A DNA stretch of 64,000 nucleotides from Lingula anatina (lineage: Eukaryota > Animalia > Brachiopoda), in NCBI GenBank assembly GCA_051362555.1, contig CM120640.1, positions 4,216,001-4,280,000 on the forward strand. The letters are read 5' to 3'. A program made the position numbers and the translations under genes. The notes under the pieces were generated by a model, which was not told the DNA's origin, made no database searches, and saw only the letters and a list, made by a program, of their open reading frames with translations. This document shows, piece by piece, positions 26,201 to 38,301 of the stretch (position 1 is its first letter; each line of letters opens with the position of its first letter).

Positions 26201-29200
26201 TTGATCTATTTTTATATTTAGGATATGATCTTGAATCCATGTCTGGTTCTCCTCTTATTCAAGGGTTGTTTACCTCTATTGCCGGTGTGGATGGTCTTGC
26301 CTTTGTCCATTTAACAGAGTTATCACTCAGAGCTGTCCCTTCAACAGAGCTGATGTTTGGTGTTAGTTTAGTTGGTGCAGATAGCTATAGTAAAGGGATG
26401 TTTATAAGCCTGCTTGGTCTGCAGCAGGGGGTAATATTCTTTTTTTTTTTTTCACTTTTGCCAATTAGATGTAATATGTACTAATTGCCTCTAGTCTTTT
26501 TTTTCAAAAAGTTTTATTAAACTTCTAGATATGTATATAATACTATAATACAAAAAAATGCAAAAGAAAAAAATGCAAAATACCTAACTGAAAACCTCTT
26601 TCACACACACACACAAACTCATTTGTTAAATACATGCATGTATTAAATGTCTAACAGTATAGTGCAAAGGCATATTTCAGGCACGTATTACATATGACAT
26701 TGCCATGTATAAACTTTATGCACCCATATTAGAAGCTTATTACACCTTTGCAAAAACATAAGCATCTTAATTTACAGGTCAATATTAAAAACATTGCAAA
26801 ATATAAGCACACAGCTTACTTGAAATAACTGAAGCATGAAACTGTCTTGATTCTACTTAGAAACTAGTGTCTGCTGTAGATTATATTATTGGAATCATTC
26901 TGCCTTAAGACTTCATATAATCTGTACTTACTTTTTGTGGCTAAAAAGGGGCTTAGATTCTTATATTCAATATAAAGGGCACAAAACCCCTCTGAGGGTA
27001 TGGTTATTAGCAGGTCTGTTACATTTAGGGTGGCATTCAACCAGTGGCATTGATGGGATTGCATTTTTGAAGAAAGCCAGACAACCTTCTGAAATAGTAC
27101 CAAGTTTGCAGTTGTTTATGTTCATGGGACATGCTGGGGTGACATCTAAAACAGATGTTCCCAAATTAACAAATATGGCTAAAGAGGTAAAAATGACAAT
27201 ATTATAGGATTGTCCCCGAGACATATTTGTCAATACCCTATCAAAAATTACCAGATCCAATTGAATGTGAGAGTTAGGTACATTTTTTAAAACCCTGATA
27301 ATAAAAAAAAGGGGGGTAGCATTTTGAAGAGGAAAAGGTAACTTGTTTGTTTTCAGACTAGTCTTGGTTTACATTTGTAAATTCTATAATCTGTTTTGGG
27401 GAGTTTATGTAGCTATCTAATAATATTTTGTGGGAACGAGGCTGTAAGTGTATGGAGACTGAAGTAACTAATTACAGGACTACTGAGTACAAGTTAATTT
27501 AATTAAATTTATTCCTATACTGGTGCATACATTTTTATGATCTTGTACACTAATTAATGCATTACACTTTATGCAAATCAGAGTAAATATGTCCATACCT
27601 TAAGTTTAACAGTTAGTATAATGTAAAGGACAATGATAAGACAACAATTGATAACATCTCCCATGTTATGACATGGTCATAATTGTTATCATTTTTATGA
27701 AGGATGTCATTATATTATATGGAGTCTCCTTGTAACTTGTAAAATTACAATATTGTTTCTTTTTCACTCCAAACCCCAAATATTTCAGGCCAAATCTGAT
27801 TTAAAGAGAGTTTTATGTACAGAAAAGTCTCTCACCTAGAGTTTCATGTTTTCCTACAAGCTTCTTCAGAAACTCAGTGGAAGAGAGTCCTGAGCATGAG
27901 CATCAGGAAATGTAAATTATCTAAACTACAGCCTTGTTATTATTTTGAACCTAATTAAAACACTTGTAAAATAGGGAGTTGATTAAGGGATGTTTAAGGG
28001 GCTCAAACATACACACACAGACAAAAAAACAAAAAGGACAGAAAAACAAATTGCGAGCAAAAAATCTTGTTTTCCATATAAGCAGTTTTCTTACATTTAG
28101 GGTTACCATCAAATACTGGTCTGGAAGGAAGTGCTTTTTTTGACACAGTAAGAGAAGTTTCTGATGCAATGTCAGGAATGCAGTTACATCTTTTTGCCAC
28201 TCATTTAGGGAATGATCCACATAACCTATTTGTGGACAATGCAAATTTCAGAACTGAGGTAAAAAAATAAGTTGGTATTTATTGCAGAAAGTGAGAGATT
28301 GCTGAGGAAATTTTTTCATCAGAATTGAACAGAATCATGCAATTGTGGGTGCAATCAAGATTTTATGGTAAAGGGTAATTTTGTCATAATCTCTATTTCA
28401 AGTAGACCACCCATTAAAAATCATCCATTATTAACATGATCTCAAATTTTCAAATTTAATTCATTCACTTTAACTAATTCTTATGATTGAATTTAATTTG
28501 CTTCATGAAAGAAAGAAATCATAGCTTCTAAAATTGAATGTTAAACACTGTAAGCTTAATATTTTATGTGAAATAGTAATATATGTCAAGATTTTTGAAA
28601 TACGTTAATTTTTTTTCAGAACATTGTCAACAAACACAGCACATGACATGGCTATCAATTGGTACTAGTTTTTACCATTATCATGTAGCCTACCACCAAA
28701 AACAACTCTTACTCAAATACAATTAAAGGGATAAAAGCTCTTCATTTTGGCTGGAAAAGTGCTATAAAACAATACATCCTAGGGTAAACAATGATTTTCC
28801 CATACTTAACCAGTGGATAATGATCCTTCCCACATTCAAAGTTAGTTGATTTTTTAAAATGTGTTGTAGTGATAAATAATTATGGAGGGTACAGCCATCT
28901 ATGAAGGTCCATGTGGTTGGATGGCAAGCACAGAATTTCAGAATAATTGTGAGAACTGCCATTGTGGTGGTAAAATGGAATTGATTATATTTCTTTGTGT
29001 TGTTTGCAATGTATTTATTGTGGAATTTTGAAAATCTTTTGAATAGTTGTTATTCCTTTAAAAATAAAAAGTCAGTTCAACGTTTTTATATGATTTTTAT
29101 GTTGACTATTATTGTTAACATTATTATTACATGTGTCAAAAAGGAAAATTGCTTGATATTGCCACTTTTTTTATTTATTATTATTTTTTTTTTTTTTGGG

Positions 29201-31925
29201 GGGGGGGCGATGAGATTAAAAAGAAGAAATGGGTACCTCTGAAGCTAATAAACTAAGCAGGTGCCCCCTGTGCCCCCCTCCTCTGCTTTCCACTATCTTC
29301 CCTTAATGAAACATTAATGTTTTTAGAGCAGATTAATAACACTTATATTGATGCTTTGCAAAATATAACATTGTGACACTGATTTTTTTTTTTTATTTTT
29401 TATTTTAAGGCTTATATGATGGATTATTTGTAAATCAATATAACATTAAAAGTTGAAGGCTAGAAATTTGAATGTGCACAGGATTTTAAAGTAGATATGG
29501 TGTTGTTTGGTTCAATTTTGTGTTTATATTTGGAAGAGAACCCTGTACTGAGTATAAATAAGTTAATTCAATTAGATTTATTCCTGTACTGGTGCATACA
29601 TTTTTATGATCTTGTACACTTATTGATGCATTATATTTTATGCAAATCAAAGTAGATATCTCTATTACTTAAAGTTCACAAATTAGCAGGAGTAAAGGAC
29701 AGTGATAGACAAATGATAACATCTCCCATGTTGTGACATGAGGTCGCACTTGTTCTCATTTTTATGAAAGATTATTTGTCTCCTTGTTGCTAGTAAAATT
29801 GTAACTTTGTTTCTTTTTCACTCCAAACCTCAAATTTTTCAGGCCAAACTGAGAGTTTTATGCACAGACAGTCTCTCACATACCTTGAGTTTCATGTTTT
29901 CCTACAAGCTTCTTCAAAAACTCTGTGGAAGAGAGCCCTGTACATGAGCATAAGAAAATGTAAATTATCTAAACCACAGCCTTGTTATTATAATAATGAA
30001 CCTAATTAAAACACTTGTAAAATAGAGAGTTGATAAATGGACTGTTTAAGTGTCTCAAACACACACTCACAAAAGCACTCAGGCAGACAAAAAGCAAAAA
30101 GGACAGTGAGCAAAAAATTGTGAGCAAAAAATCTTAGTTTTCATATAAGCAGTTTTCTCACATTCAGGTTTACCATCAAATTGTGGTCTGGAAGGAAGTG
30201 CTTTTTTTGACACAGTAAGAGAAGTTCCTGATGCAATGTCAGGAATGCAGTTACATCTTCTTGCATCTCATCCAGGAAATGACCCATATAACCTGTATGC
30301 GGCTAATGTAAATTTTCAAAATGAGGTAAAATTAAGTTGGTATTTATTGTAAAAATGAAAGATTACCAGTGAATTTTTTTTCATAAAAAATTGTGGGTGC
30401 AATAAAGATTTTCAGGTAAATGTTGATTTTTTTCTCTAGATCTCCATTTCAAGTAGAACATCATCTAAAAATCGATTGTTTACTTTATCCCAAATTTTCA
30501 GATAAAACATATTTACTTTTATTCACACTTCTTTGATTTAGTTTAAATGTTCCATGAAAGAAATGAATCATAGCTTAAAAATTAAATTTTGAACACTGTA
30601 ATCATTGATTTAATATTTTATGTAAAATAGTAATATATGTCAGGATTTTTTAAATAAGTTGATTTTATTTCAGAACATTATTGTCAACAAACACTAACAT
30701 GACATGGCTATCAATTGGTACTAGTTTTTACCATTATCATGTAGCCTACCACCAAAAACAACACTTACTCAAATACAATTAAAGTGATAACAATGCTTCA
30801 TTTTGCCAGAAAAAGTGACTTACCAATGGTAAATAACATTCAGAATTAGTCAATTGTTTTTCTTTTTTCTTTAAGTATATTTTTTGTAATAATCTCTCAA
30901 GGGATCATTATGGAGGATAGCCATCTGTGTCCATGTGGTCTGATGACAAGCACAGATTTCAAAATAATTGTGATAACCGCTGTTTTAGTGATAAAATGGA
31001 ATTTATATTATATATTATATAATTATGTTAGTTTTCTTTGTGTTGTTTACAATTTATTATGGAATTTTGAATCTCATATGAAGAGTTGTTATCCCTTTAA
31101 ATATAAAAAGTCAGTTGAACATTTTCAAATGATTTTTATCATTAACATTATTTTTTATTTTATTATTATAAAAAGAAAGTATCCGTAGTTGGCAATGGTT
31201 GGGTTTTCATCAATCTCCCTGTGAATTTCCATTTAAAATTTTGGAAGATTTTTGTAGTTGTTGTGTGGACATTTTGTGACCAGTGCTTTATTTTGCAAGA
31301 TTTTGGTGCACACCATCACTGGTGGATCTTTGATTGTGTTAATAAGGGGATATAACAAAAAAAAAAAAAAAGAAAAACCAATAGATTTTTATTTCATTTG
31401 TCAATAATTAGGAAAAAATTGGTTAATATTTTCACTTTTTCAGTGGGGGAGGGGTAAAAAGGAGGAAGTGGGTATCACTCAAGCTAACATACTAAGCAGG
31501 TGCACCCTGTACCCCCCACTCTCACACACCAAACCCACCCACAGATCCACCATTGACTTTATTTTGCTTGATTTTTAAGTTGCATTTTTAACTGTAGGTA
31601 TGGTATTTGGTGTATTGTAAAAATTGGTTGGGTGTTGTTAACATGGTAATTTTGTTGTAACCATGGTCTCTGCTCTTTCCACTATCTTCCCTTAATGAAA
31701 CATTAATGATTATACAGCAGGTTAATAACACTTGTGTTAATGTTTTATAAAATATAACATTGTGACAATAACTTTTTGAAACATTTTAAGGATATTATGA
31801 AGGAGTTTTTGTTATTTCAAACATTAAATTGTTAAATTGGTTAAAGTGAAAGACTAGAAATTTGAATGGTTTTCTAAAAGGAGATATGATATTGATTCAA
31901 TATCATTGATATCATTGATTCAATT

Positions 31926-31963
<38 letters not shown>

Positions 31964-33176
31964 TTCACAATGATAATGCATGGTTTATTTTATTGCTTTT
32001 GCCAGGTATTTGAAGCTATACATGGGGGCAGAGCTGGAATGCATGGCTTCTCTATCTTTCCCATTTTATTGCACCCTAAGAGCAGGGGAACCATACGCTT
32101 GAAGAGCACGGACCCGTTTGAACACCCAGAAATAGACCCCCACTATCTGGAACACCCTGATGATGTTAAAGTGATGGTGGAAGGTAAGACAAAAAGGGTT
32201 GAAAGATTTACTGATGTAATCCTTCCCAAAAGTCATTGATTTTTAAACATTTATTTTTATTTGTTCTTTTCTTTTTTTTTTAGGTAAACATTGTCACACT
32301 TCTTTCTGTATGGTGTCTGTATATTTGCCATGTTTGCTGTCTAATATTAAAGACATATATCTATATAATGCATCTTTGTTACTCATTGCAGCAATGAAGC
32401 TGGCTATCAAAGTAGGCAATACAACAGCATTTAAGAAGATAGGAGCCCAGTTGTCAGACAGAGTACTTCCTTCCTGTAGCCACCATAAGCCACTGTCAGA
32501 TGACTACCTGGCGTGTTACATTCATCATATCACTCTGACTGTGTATCATCCTACCAGTACATGTCGTATGGGGGCACCTGCTGATGCCATGGCAGTAGTG
32601 GACCCACAGCTCAGGTAATACACTGTTCATCTCAACTAATGGCAGATTACTATAAAGCTCAAGTAGCGTGTGGCATAAAAATTTACAGTTTTGACATTTC
32701 AAAGGTCTGATTTATTTTTTGATATAGAATGTAATGAAAACTTTGCGAGAAAAACAATCACCAGAGGAATTCCACAATTTACTGCATTTGAGCAGAATTT
32801 TGTTTATTCTCATTTAAAACTTTCTAGACCATTAGGATACCAAATAAAATTCACAGACCAAGTCAAGTTACTTAGAATTGTCTGTGGCTGTGTCTCACAA
32901 AATGCTTCAGATGGGGGGAGGTTACTAGACCACACTTTTTTGAGAATAGAAAGATTGTCAAATTACATGAAAGAAAGTTATTTAAAAGTTAAGTATTTAA
33001 ATTTCAACTGTGTGTTGCTATTGTTTTCCAGAGTGAAGGGTATAGCAGGACTGCGTGTGGCTGATGCCTCTATCATGCCTCATGTTGTATCAGGAAATAC
33101 CAATGCCCCTACCATCATGATAGGAGAAAAAGCAGCCGATTTGATCAGGGGAAAGAAAATGGCAAACAAAAAATAA
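19968..33176 (+). CDS. GMC oxidoreductase (glucose dehydrogenase [FAD, quinone]/choline dehydrogenase-like), N-terminally anchored, ~601-606 aa; exon 8 present as alternative copies
   Basis: Constant exons 19968-20097, 20731-20939, 21295-21484, 21712-21840, 22176-22297, 22490-22657, 23019-23172, [one variable exon], 32006-32183, 32392-32614, 33032-33176. Motifs: [21 protein letters not shown] (FAD Rossmann fold), [59 protein letters not shown], catalytic His ([11 protein letters not shown]) and Asn ([17 protein letters not shown]). N-terminal [18 protein letters not shown]. Probable non-coding exon at 19664-19810. Confidence 0.95.
20154..20227. repeat. (TC)n microsatellite
   Basis: Seen directly. 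Confidence 0.95.
24184..24437. repeat. ~250 bp imperfect palindrome (foldback/MITE-like) in the GMC intron upstream of the variable exons
   Basis: Left arm ggatcgatctatctccaagggtattcttgctaaagtgcaatcaacttaagcagctt..atgtctgtcatgcc is the reverse complement, with mismatches, of right arm ggcgtgccagacat..aagctgcttaagctgaaagcaatttaacaagaaaccccttgaagatggattgatcc. Confidence 0.75.
25230..25402 (+). CDS. GMC variable exon 8A (173 nt, phase 1 to 0)
   Basis: ctgttgtag|GT...CCAGAG|gtacaa; open: (G)[57 protein letters not shown]. Confidence 0.85.
26264..26430 (+). CDS. GMC variable exon 8B (167 nt, phase 1 to 0; alternative in-frame acceptor possible at 26222)
   Basis: cttattcaag|GG...CAGGGG|gtaata; open: (G)[55 protein letters not shown]. 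Confidence 0.75.
27029..27186 (+). CDS. GMC variable exon 8C (158 nt, phase 1 to 0)
   Basis: ttacatttag|GG...AAAGAG|gtaaaa; open: (G)[52 protein letters not shown]. Confidence 0.85.
28101..28258 (+). CDS. GMC variable exon 8D (158 nt, phase 1 to 0); absent from the ORF track
   Basis: ttacatttag|GG...ACTGAG|gtaaaa; open: (G)[52 protein letters not shown]. Confidence 0.85.
30168..30325 (+). CDS. GMC variable exon 8E (158 nt, phase 1 to 0); recent duplicate of 8D, absent from the ORF track
   Basis: tcacattcag|GT...AATGAG|gtaaaa; open: (G)[52 protein letters not shown]. Confidence 0.85.
31317..31555. mobile_element. MITE-like element inside duplication unit 2
   Basis: Inverted termini CACTGGTGGATCT / AGATCCACCATTG. 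An internal actaagcaggtgc..ccctgt segment is also left as a remnant in unit 1 (~29250-29280). Confidence 0.5.
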
Positions 33177-33623
33177 ATGATTTGTTATCAACATCTGTTG
33201 TATTTTTGATACAATATGTACTTAAAAAGTTCATTCAGATATTTAAGAGAAGTTTTAAACCATATGCGACATTTTTGCTCAGTTCCGAAGAAAACCAGTG
33301 TTATTTTAAGCAAGTATTGATATGAGTCCTCCAGATGTCATGCGCATACAATCAATTTTTCAGTAACACAAAGATATGAACTGTCTTGAAGTGGAAACTT
33401 TTAAATATTATATTAGCTAATGATATAGTTTTATAATCAGAGCTGACAGTTTGATTTCATTGCTTGTTCATTTACCACCATTTTCGATACATTCCATATA
33501 TGTTATTGTAATCTTTGTTACTTGAATCCATATTTTGATTTTTACTCTCAGTAAGTAGCTATTATAATTTGGTATATTTCACTCGATGCTACTTAATGGA
33601 TTTTACCTCAAGCACAAAGGTTT

Positions 33624-33629
33624 AATAAA
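33624..33629 (+). terminator. Probable polyadenylation signal of the GMC gene
   Basis: AATAAA ~450 nt after the stop codon, followed by T/GT-rich sequence at ~33685-33715. Confidence 0.5.
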
Positions 33630-36600
33630 ATATATTTGAGTACGTTTCCTAGGAGACTATTTTGATAATTTACTACAATTCACGATTTTGTCTTTGGTGT
33701 GTTCGTGCTCTTTGTTAACATTCAAGATGGCTGTCTAATATTTGCATTTATATTTGAGATATGAACTAAAGAAATTTAAAGAAAAGCAAAAAAATTCATT
33801 ACACGAAATTTACTAATGATGAGTCCGCGTCAGATGGAAAAATAAGGGTCTTACATAACGTTACGTACCCACATTTATTAAAATACCTTTTTCGTTTAAC
33901 CCAAGGCAACAACGCCAAAAATTCAATGACGCAAACAATCAATGCGCACACAAAAAGCCTTATTTGTTAAAGTTAAGAAAAAAACGTTCATTTCATTGTG
34001 CTCAATCAAGTGCGCAGTTTCAACAGAGCTTGCTCCGTCTTGAGACAGGGGATTGGGGAGGCTGAGGCACATTGTACCGACATCGCCACTGTAAGATTTA
34101 CCATGTGGTATCTTTGAAACAGAACATTAACGTCCATTTGAGACGTCTTCTCAATATATTCATTTATTTGTTGTCTCTGAAGACGAAAACAAAATGTACT
34201 CCAGTTTTCCATTCGTCTCTCCCGAAAAATGGACCCAATAGCTATATTATTCTTTACACGTTTTGAGACGCCTGCATTGTTCGAAGTTTACAGGTATTTC
34301 GTGAGACCCTAGGGACTAAATTCCTTCACTTTGCATCCGGGGGCCAGGGTAAGTATTTTACTTCCAACTGAAAATCCTTTTTTTACGCATTTCATCAAAA
34401 TGTTCCAGATATGTTATTTGTCGAAGTCGAAGAAATGTGTTCAACAGTGCAATGCTGATTACCAACGTAAAAAAATTAAAATAAAAAACATGGTCGCAAA
34501 CCTTTTCATCGTCAAAAGTCGTGAAAAGTGCAATGTGTGTTTTGTAATACATGACTTACATAAGGATAAGAAGAATTTTTTTTAAAGTAAGCACGGTTTA
34601 GGGTATTAACGGGCAATTAGGAACACCTTCAGGCTAGTGCATCAGCCCGCGTTACCAATACATCACCTCGCTTCTACAAATTAATAAACTTCTAAAAAAG
34701 TATTGTTAATCGTTATCCAGAAACAATAAGTACAGAAGGTCCAGGATTGGTTTTCTACTCGAACAAGGAAGTATAAGTGAAAATTCGATAATCAAACTAT
34801 CGTACCCAGCACTGGGTCAATTATATAACATTGATTTCTATGGCATTCCTTCCTTGTTCACACAATAGTTTGGGTTAAGACTAATTCGAAGAAATTGAAA
34901 ATTTTATATCTTCGCCAGAACGAGCATCAAACAGAGCAAGGGTAAGTCGCACTGCCTTATTTTCGGAGTGCTTTTCCTTTTTTTGAGTGGTTCAACACCA
35001 TAATATTGGCATCATATGCATGTATTGAACAATCATATGTTCTAGAACAAAAGTTTTTGATCCAAATGTACTCTTTATCAAAATCAATGTGAAAAGCGCT
35101 ACATATATACAGTTGAAATACGCATGCAAGAATTAACGCACAAACTTGTAAGTCAACTTAAATAGGTTGCCATGTAATGAATCCAAAGTCGCAAACAAGG
35201 CCGCATTTTGTTTCTTAAACTGATTCTTACTGTGTTTGTGATTTTTTTCTATTGCTCATAGTTTACCCACACCTTTTGGTGCATTATAAACACCGCCGTC
35301 AGAAGTGGGCACTAAGGTTGACAGGAATATACGCGGAAACGTGTATCGATATTCTGGGTATAAAAGTTCTGCCTCTTGTTGTTAACAAAAACAGTCCTAT
35401 TTAAAAAAGGAAATTCTTATGTTAAATTACATCATTGAATTTAATTGCATCTAATTATAATGTAACTACGTAATTCTAGCCAACAGGGTTTAAATCGACT
35501 AAGTCTACCACTGTACGTATCTTTTTTACTGTTCAATAATCCACTAGGATGTTTGGGATAAATTTTGATAGCCCTATATAGATGTTAATATCAGCATAAA
35601 TTGGTTACCATCAGCAAACTCTGAGAGCTTGAACTAAAGCTAGGTGGCCTCTATAGAGATGTTAATGTTTTTTTTTTTTTTTTTAATTCATGACTCCGTG
35701 GGATAAATGCAACATATCAAACTACTACTTACCATATTTTGCACAATTAAGGTTATTTAAACATTGTCAGAGGGTTAGCATATATAAATATTAATTAACA
35801 AATAAACTTTGATTGATATTTTTGCCTCGCTGCCATAAGTGACTGCACCAGTTGGAATCTAAAGGTTTACATGACCCCTTCGATTTTTTGTTGAGCATAT
35901 TTGTAACTCTGACGGAAAAAGGGTTCTAGTTGACCTGCAGAACTGAACACGGAAGTAATGTAAAATAGCAGCTATACCAGTATGATTGTCGCACCTGCGT
36001 TGAAATGACAATAGGTTATATTGGTTTAGTTATGTTTACTTTAGGACCCACTGTTAAATGGAGGGGAATATTTGAATCAGTGCCTGTATGTTTATTAAAA
36101 GCTTGATTAAGACAATTCAAGTGGAAAAGGTCGATTTTCCTTTTGGGGGTGCATAATTTTGATATATCTGACTACTGACTACTTAAGAAATGCATTTTTT
36201 TAAATATCCAGTGTATTTCTTATTTATTTGAGAAATCAAGGGGAATTCTAAATTTTTCTAGATTTAACTACATAACATAGAATGTTTGTCGAAAAGTAGC
36301 GCTATAATTGAGTAAGGAGCACATTTAAGTTTTCAGGGTTTGGCTAAACATTAAATCAATATAAATGAAAAAGGAACTTTTGAGATGTTGAAAAATAGCA
36401 CCTAGACGACCGTTGGTGCCAACCTTAAATAACAGTGCGTTTTATTTATTCAATTATGTACACTTAGTGAGGGTCCCTTTGAGTATTTGCGTGACTCATC
36501 AAAACCACTTTTTATTTCACGAGATGCGTTGAACGTGCATTTTATTTAGCGTAAAGAATCCTATCCCCGTGACTGGTGAATACTGGTTTTCGTTACTTGT

Positions 36601-37483
36601 CATTCTTGAAACGTATTCATACTCCGTGATTCGCAGATTTCAACTCGTATTTCTTTCATGTTCTATGTTCGACAACATAAAAAGCGTTTAGGGTGGTACT
36701 AGCACACAAAAACTCAACTTGGTTTGCGCTTACCATCGCTTCACTAATACTGCCCTCCATTACTGAAGTCGAGAAAACATTTATGTGACGGCATTTTTCT
36801 TGTGAATCGGGTGGATGAAGAGTCACCCAATCATGAACCTTGCTGTCTGTGGAAATGTGGGCATATATGTACTCTATCAAGAAATATTTTACCGTCACAT
36901 GACTGCAATACAGATACCTCGTGAAACGGAAGAGAGAATGCGTTTTCGTCAATATTGTTGCAATATTCCATAATGCTTAATCATCAATTTTCAATTATGT
37001 AATTTCGGACCCGTGGAACAGATGGAAGTTCAAACCCCCACATTGATGTGAATACGTGAAAAATGAAAATTTCCAAATAATGATAATAATGATGCATAAA
37101 AATTAACAAAAATCCTGTTAATAATTCAGATATAAAGCCTTTCATTTCTGTGTAACCCCAACACTCCTCTAGTGGACTTCCGCACGTGCACGTATCAAAT
37201 ACGTAGGCCTATTTTAATTTTGTTGCATGTAGTCATTGCTAATTTCTGTGAATTGTGATTTTCAAGTTTTATTTTTTTTTAATTTGTTAATATTTCCCGT
37301 GAACAATAATGTATGCCCCCCAATGGGACCCTCTTACCTGGCTCACTCACACACACCAATGTGTTTTTTCTTTCTCATTGTGAACGGAATTTGATGTATG
37401 ATTTTTATATCGAATGCGACAGGGAAGTCACCGAACCTTCTCAGCCCAAACATTTTAAGTGTCAGAAGCATAACACTCAATTT

Positions 37484-37695
37484 CAGTGGCGGATTTAGGG
37501 GGTTGTCAGGGGGCCCTGACCCTCTCCCCCTTCGATTTCTGAAAAAAATGGTCACACCAATGGTCCCCTCTTGAAATTAAAATTTTAACTGTTCTAAACC
37601 GCACGAAATGACACCGTTCGCCCTAAAATACAAAAACTTTCGGTGCCCGCTGCGGACCCCCCTCCCCCCTTCAAATAATCCTGGGTCCGCCCCTG
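37484..37695. mobile_element. MITE-like element
   Basis: Inverted termini CAGTGGCGGA..AGG / CCT..TCCGCCCCTG with G-rich and C-rich subtermini. No clear TSD. Confidence 0.6.
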
Positions 37696-38301
37696 GTAGC
37701 ACTAAGTGACGTTTCGTGGAATTATGGTGGATACCTGCGAAATTGAAATTTAATCCTCACTCAGTGCCAAGAAGGAAACATTAGCATTTATATTCATACG
37801 TTCACGTTTACTCAGTGCCATGTAGGAATCATTAGCATTTCCATTCATATTCATTTAAGTTGCATACGCTTATTAGCTTACATATGTCATTCATCATAAT
37901 AAACACAATAATTTTGATCTAGCTGTGCCATTATTACGCTAATTATTTAATATGTTTATATAATACCAGTATTGAATTCGTATGAGAAAACCTATAGTCA
38001 TTCTTTTATGATTTTTTTCAATGGACAAGTAACAGAGGATTTTTTTTCTTTGGCTAGATATGCTAACTTTACTAGGGTCAATCTAAATCAATAAGATCAA
38101 TAAAAATATACAAGTTAAAAATATACATTTTGTTTAGTATCCTGTTTCCATACACGTCAATTTTCAAACACACACTCAGCTAGTAAATGTTAAGGGCTTC
38201 ATCTCTTTGTATGTAATTCAATGGATATTCGATGAAAAAAAAAAAAAGGATGATAAAAATTAATTTTTTACAGCAATTTCGAAGTTTCTACCTCAGTCAG
38301 G

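Larger units (their letters stand above)
27481..31890 (+). repeat. Diverged tandem duplication (unit 1 ~27481-29500, unit 2 ~29547-31890), each unit carrying one GMC variable exon
   Basis: Colinear shared blocks, e.g. tactgagta..ttattcct(a/g)tactggtgcatacatttttatgatcttgtacac (27481 / 29547), catgacatggctatcaattggtactagtttttaccattatcatgtagcctaccacc (28642 / 30698), ctctgct..ttccactatcttcccttaatgaaacattaatg (29281 / 31668), ctagaaatttgaatg (29460 / 31854). Confidence 0.93.

Noticed and set aside
25230-30325. Reading the five GMC exons as consecutive constitutive exons or as separate genes
   Set aside because: All are phase 1-to-0 and mutually homologous; joining them breaks the frame. No other GMC exons are duplicated in this interval.
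30902-31026. Phase-compatible open segment (aag|GG ATC ATT ATG GAG GAT...TAT|gttagt) as a functional sixth exon
   Set aside because: Too short (125 nt), lacks the GxxGxAF motif, and its paralog in duplication unit 1 is disrupted; at best a relic.
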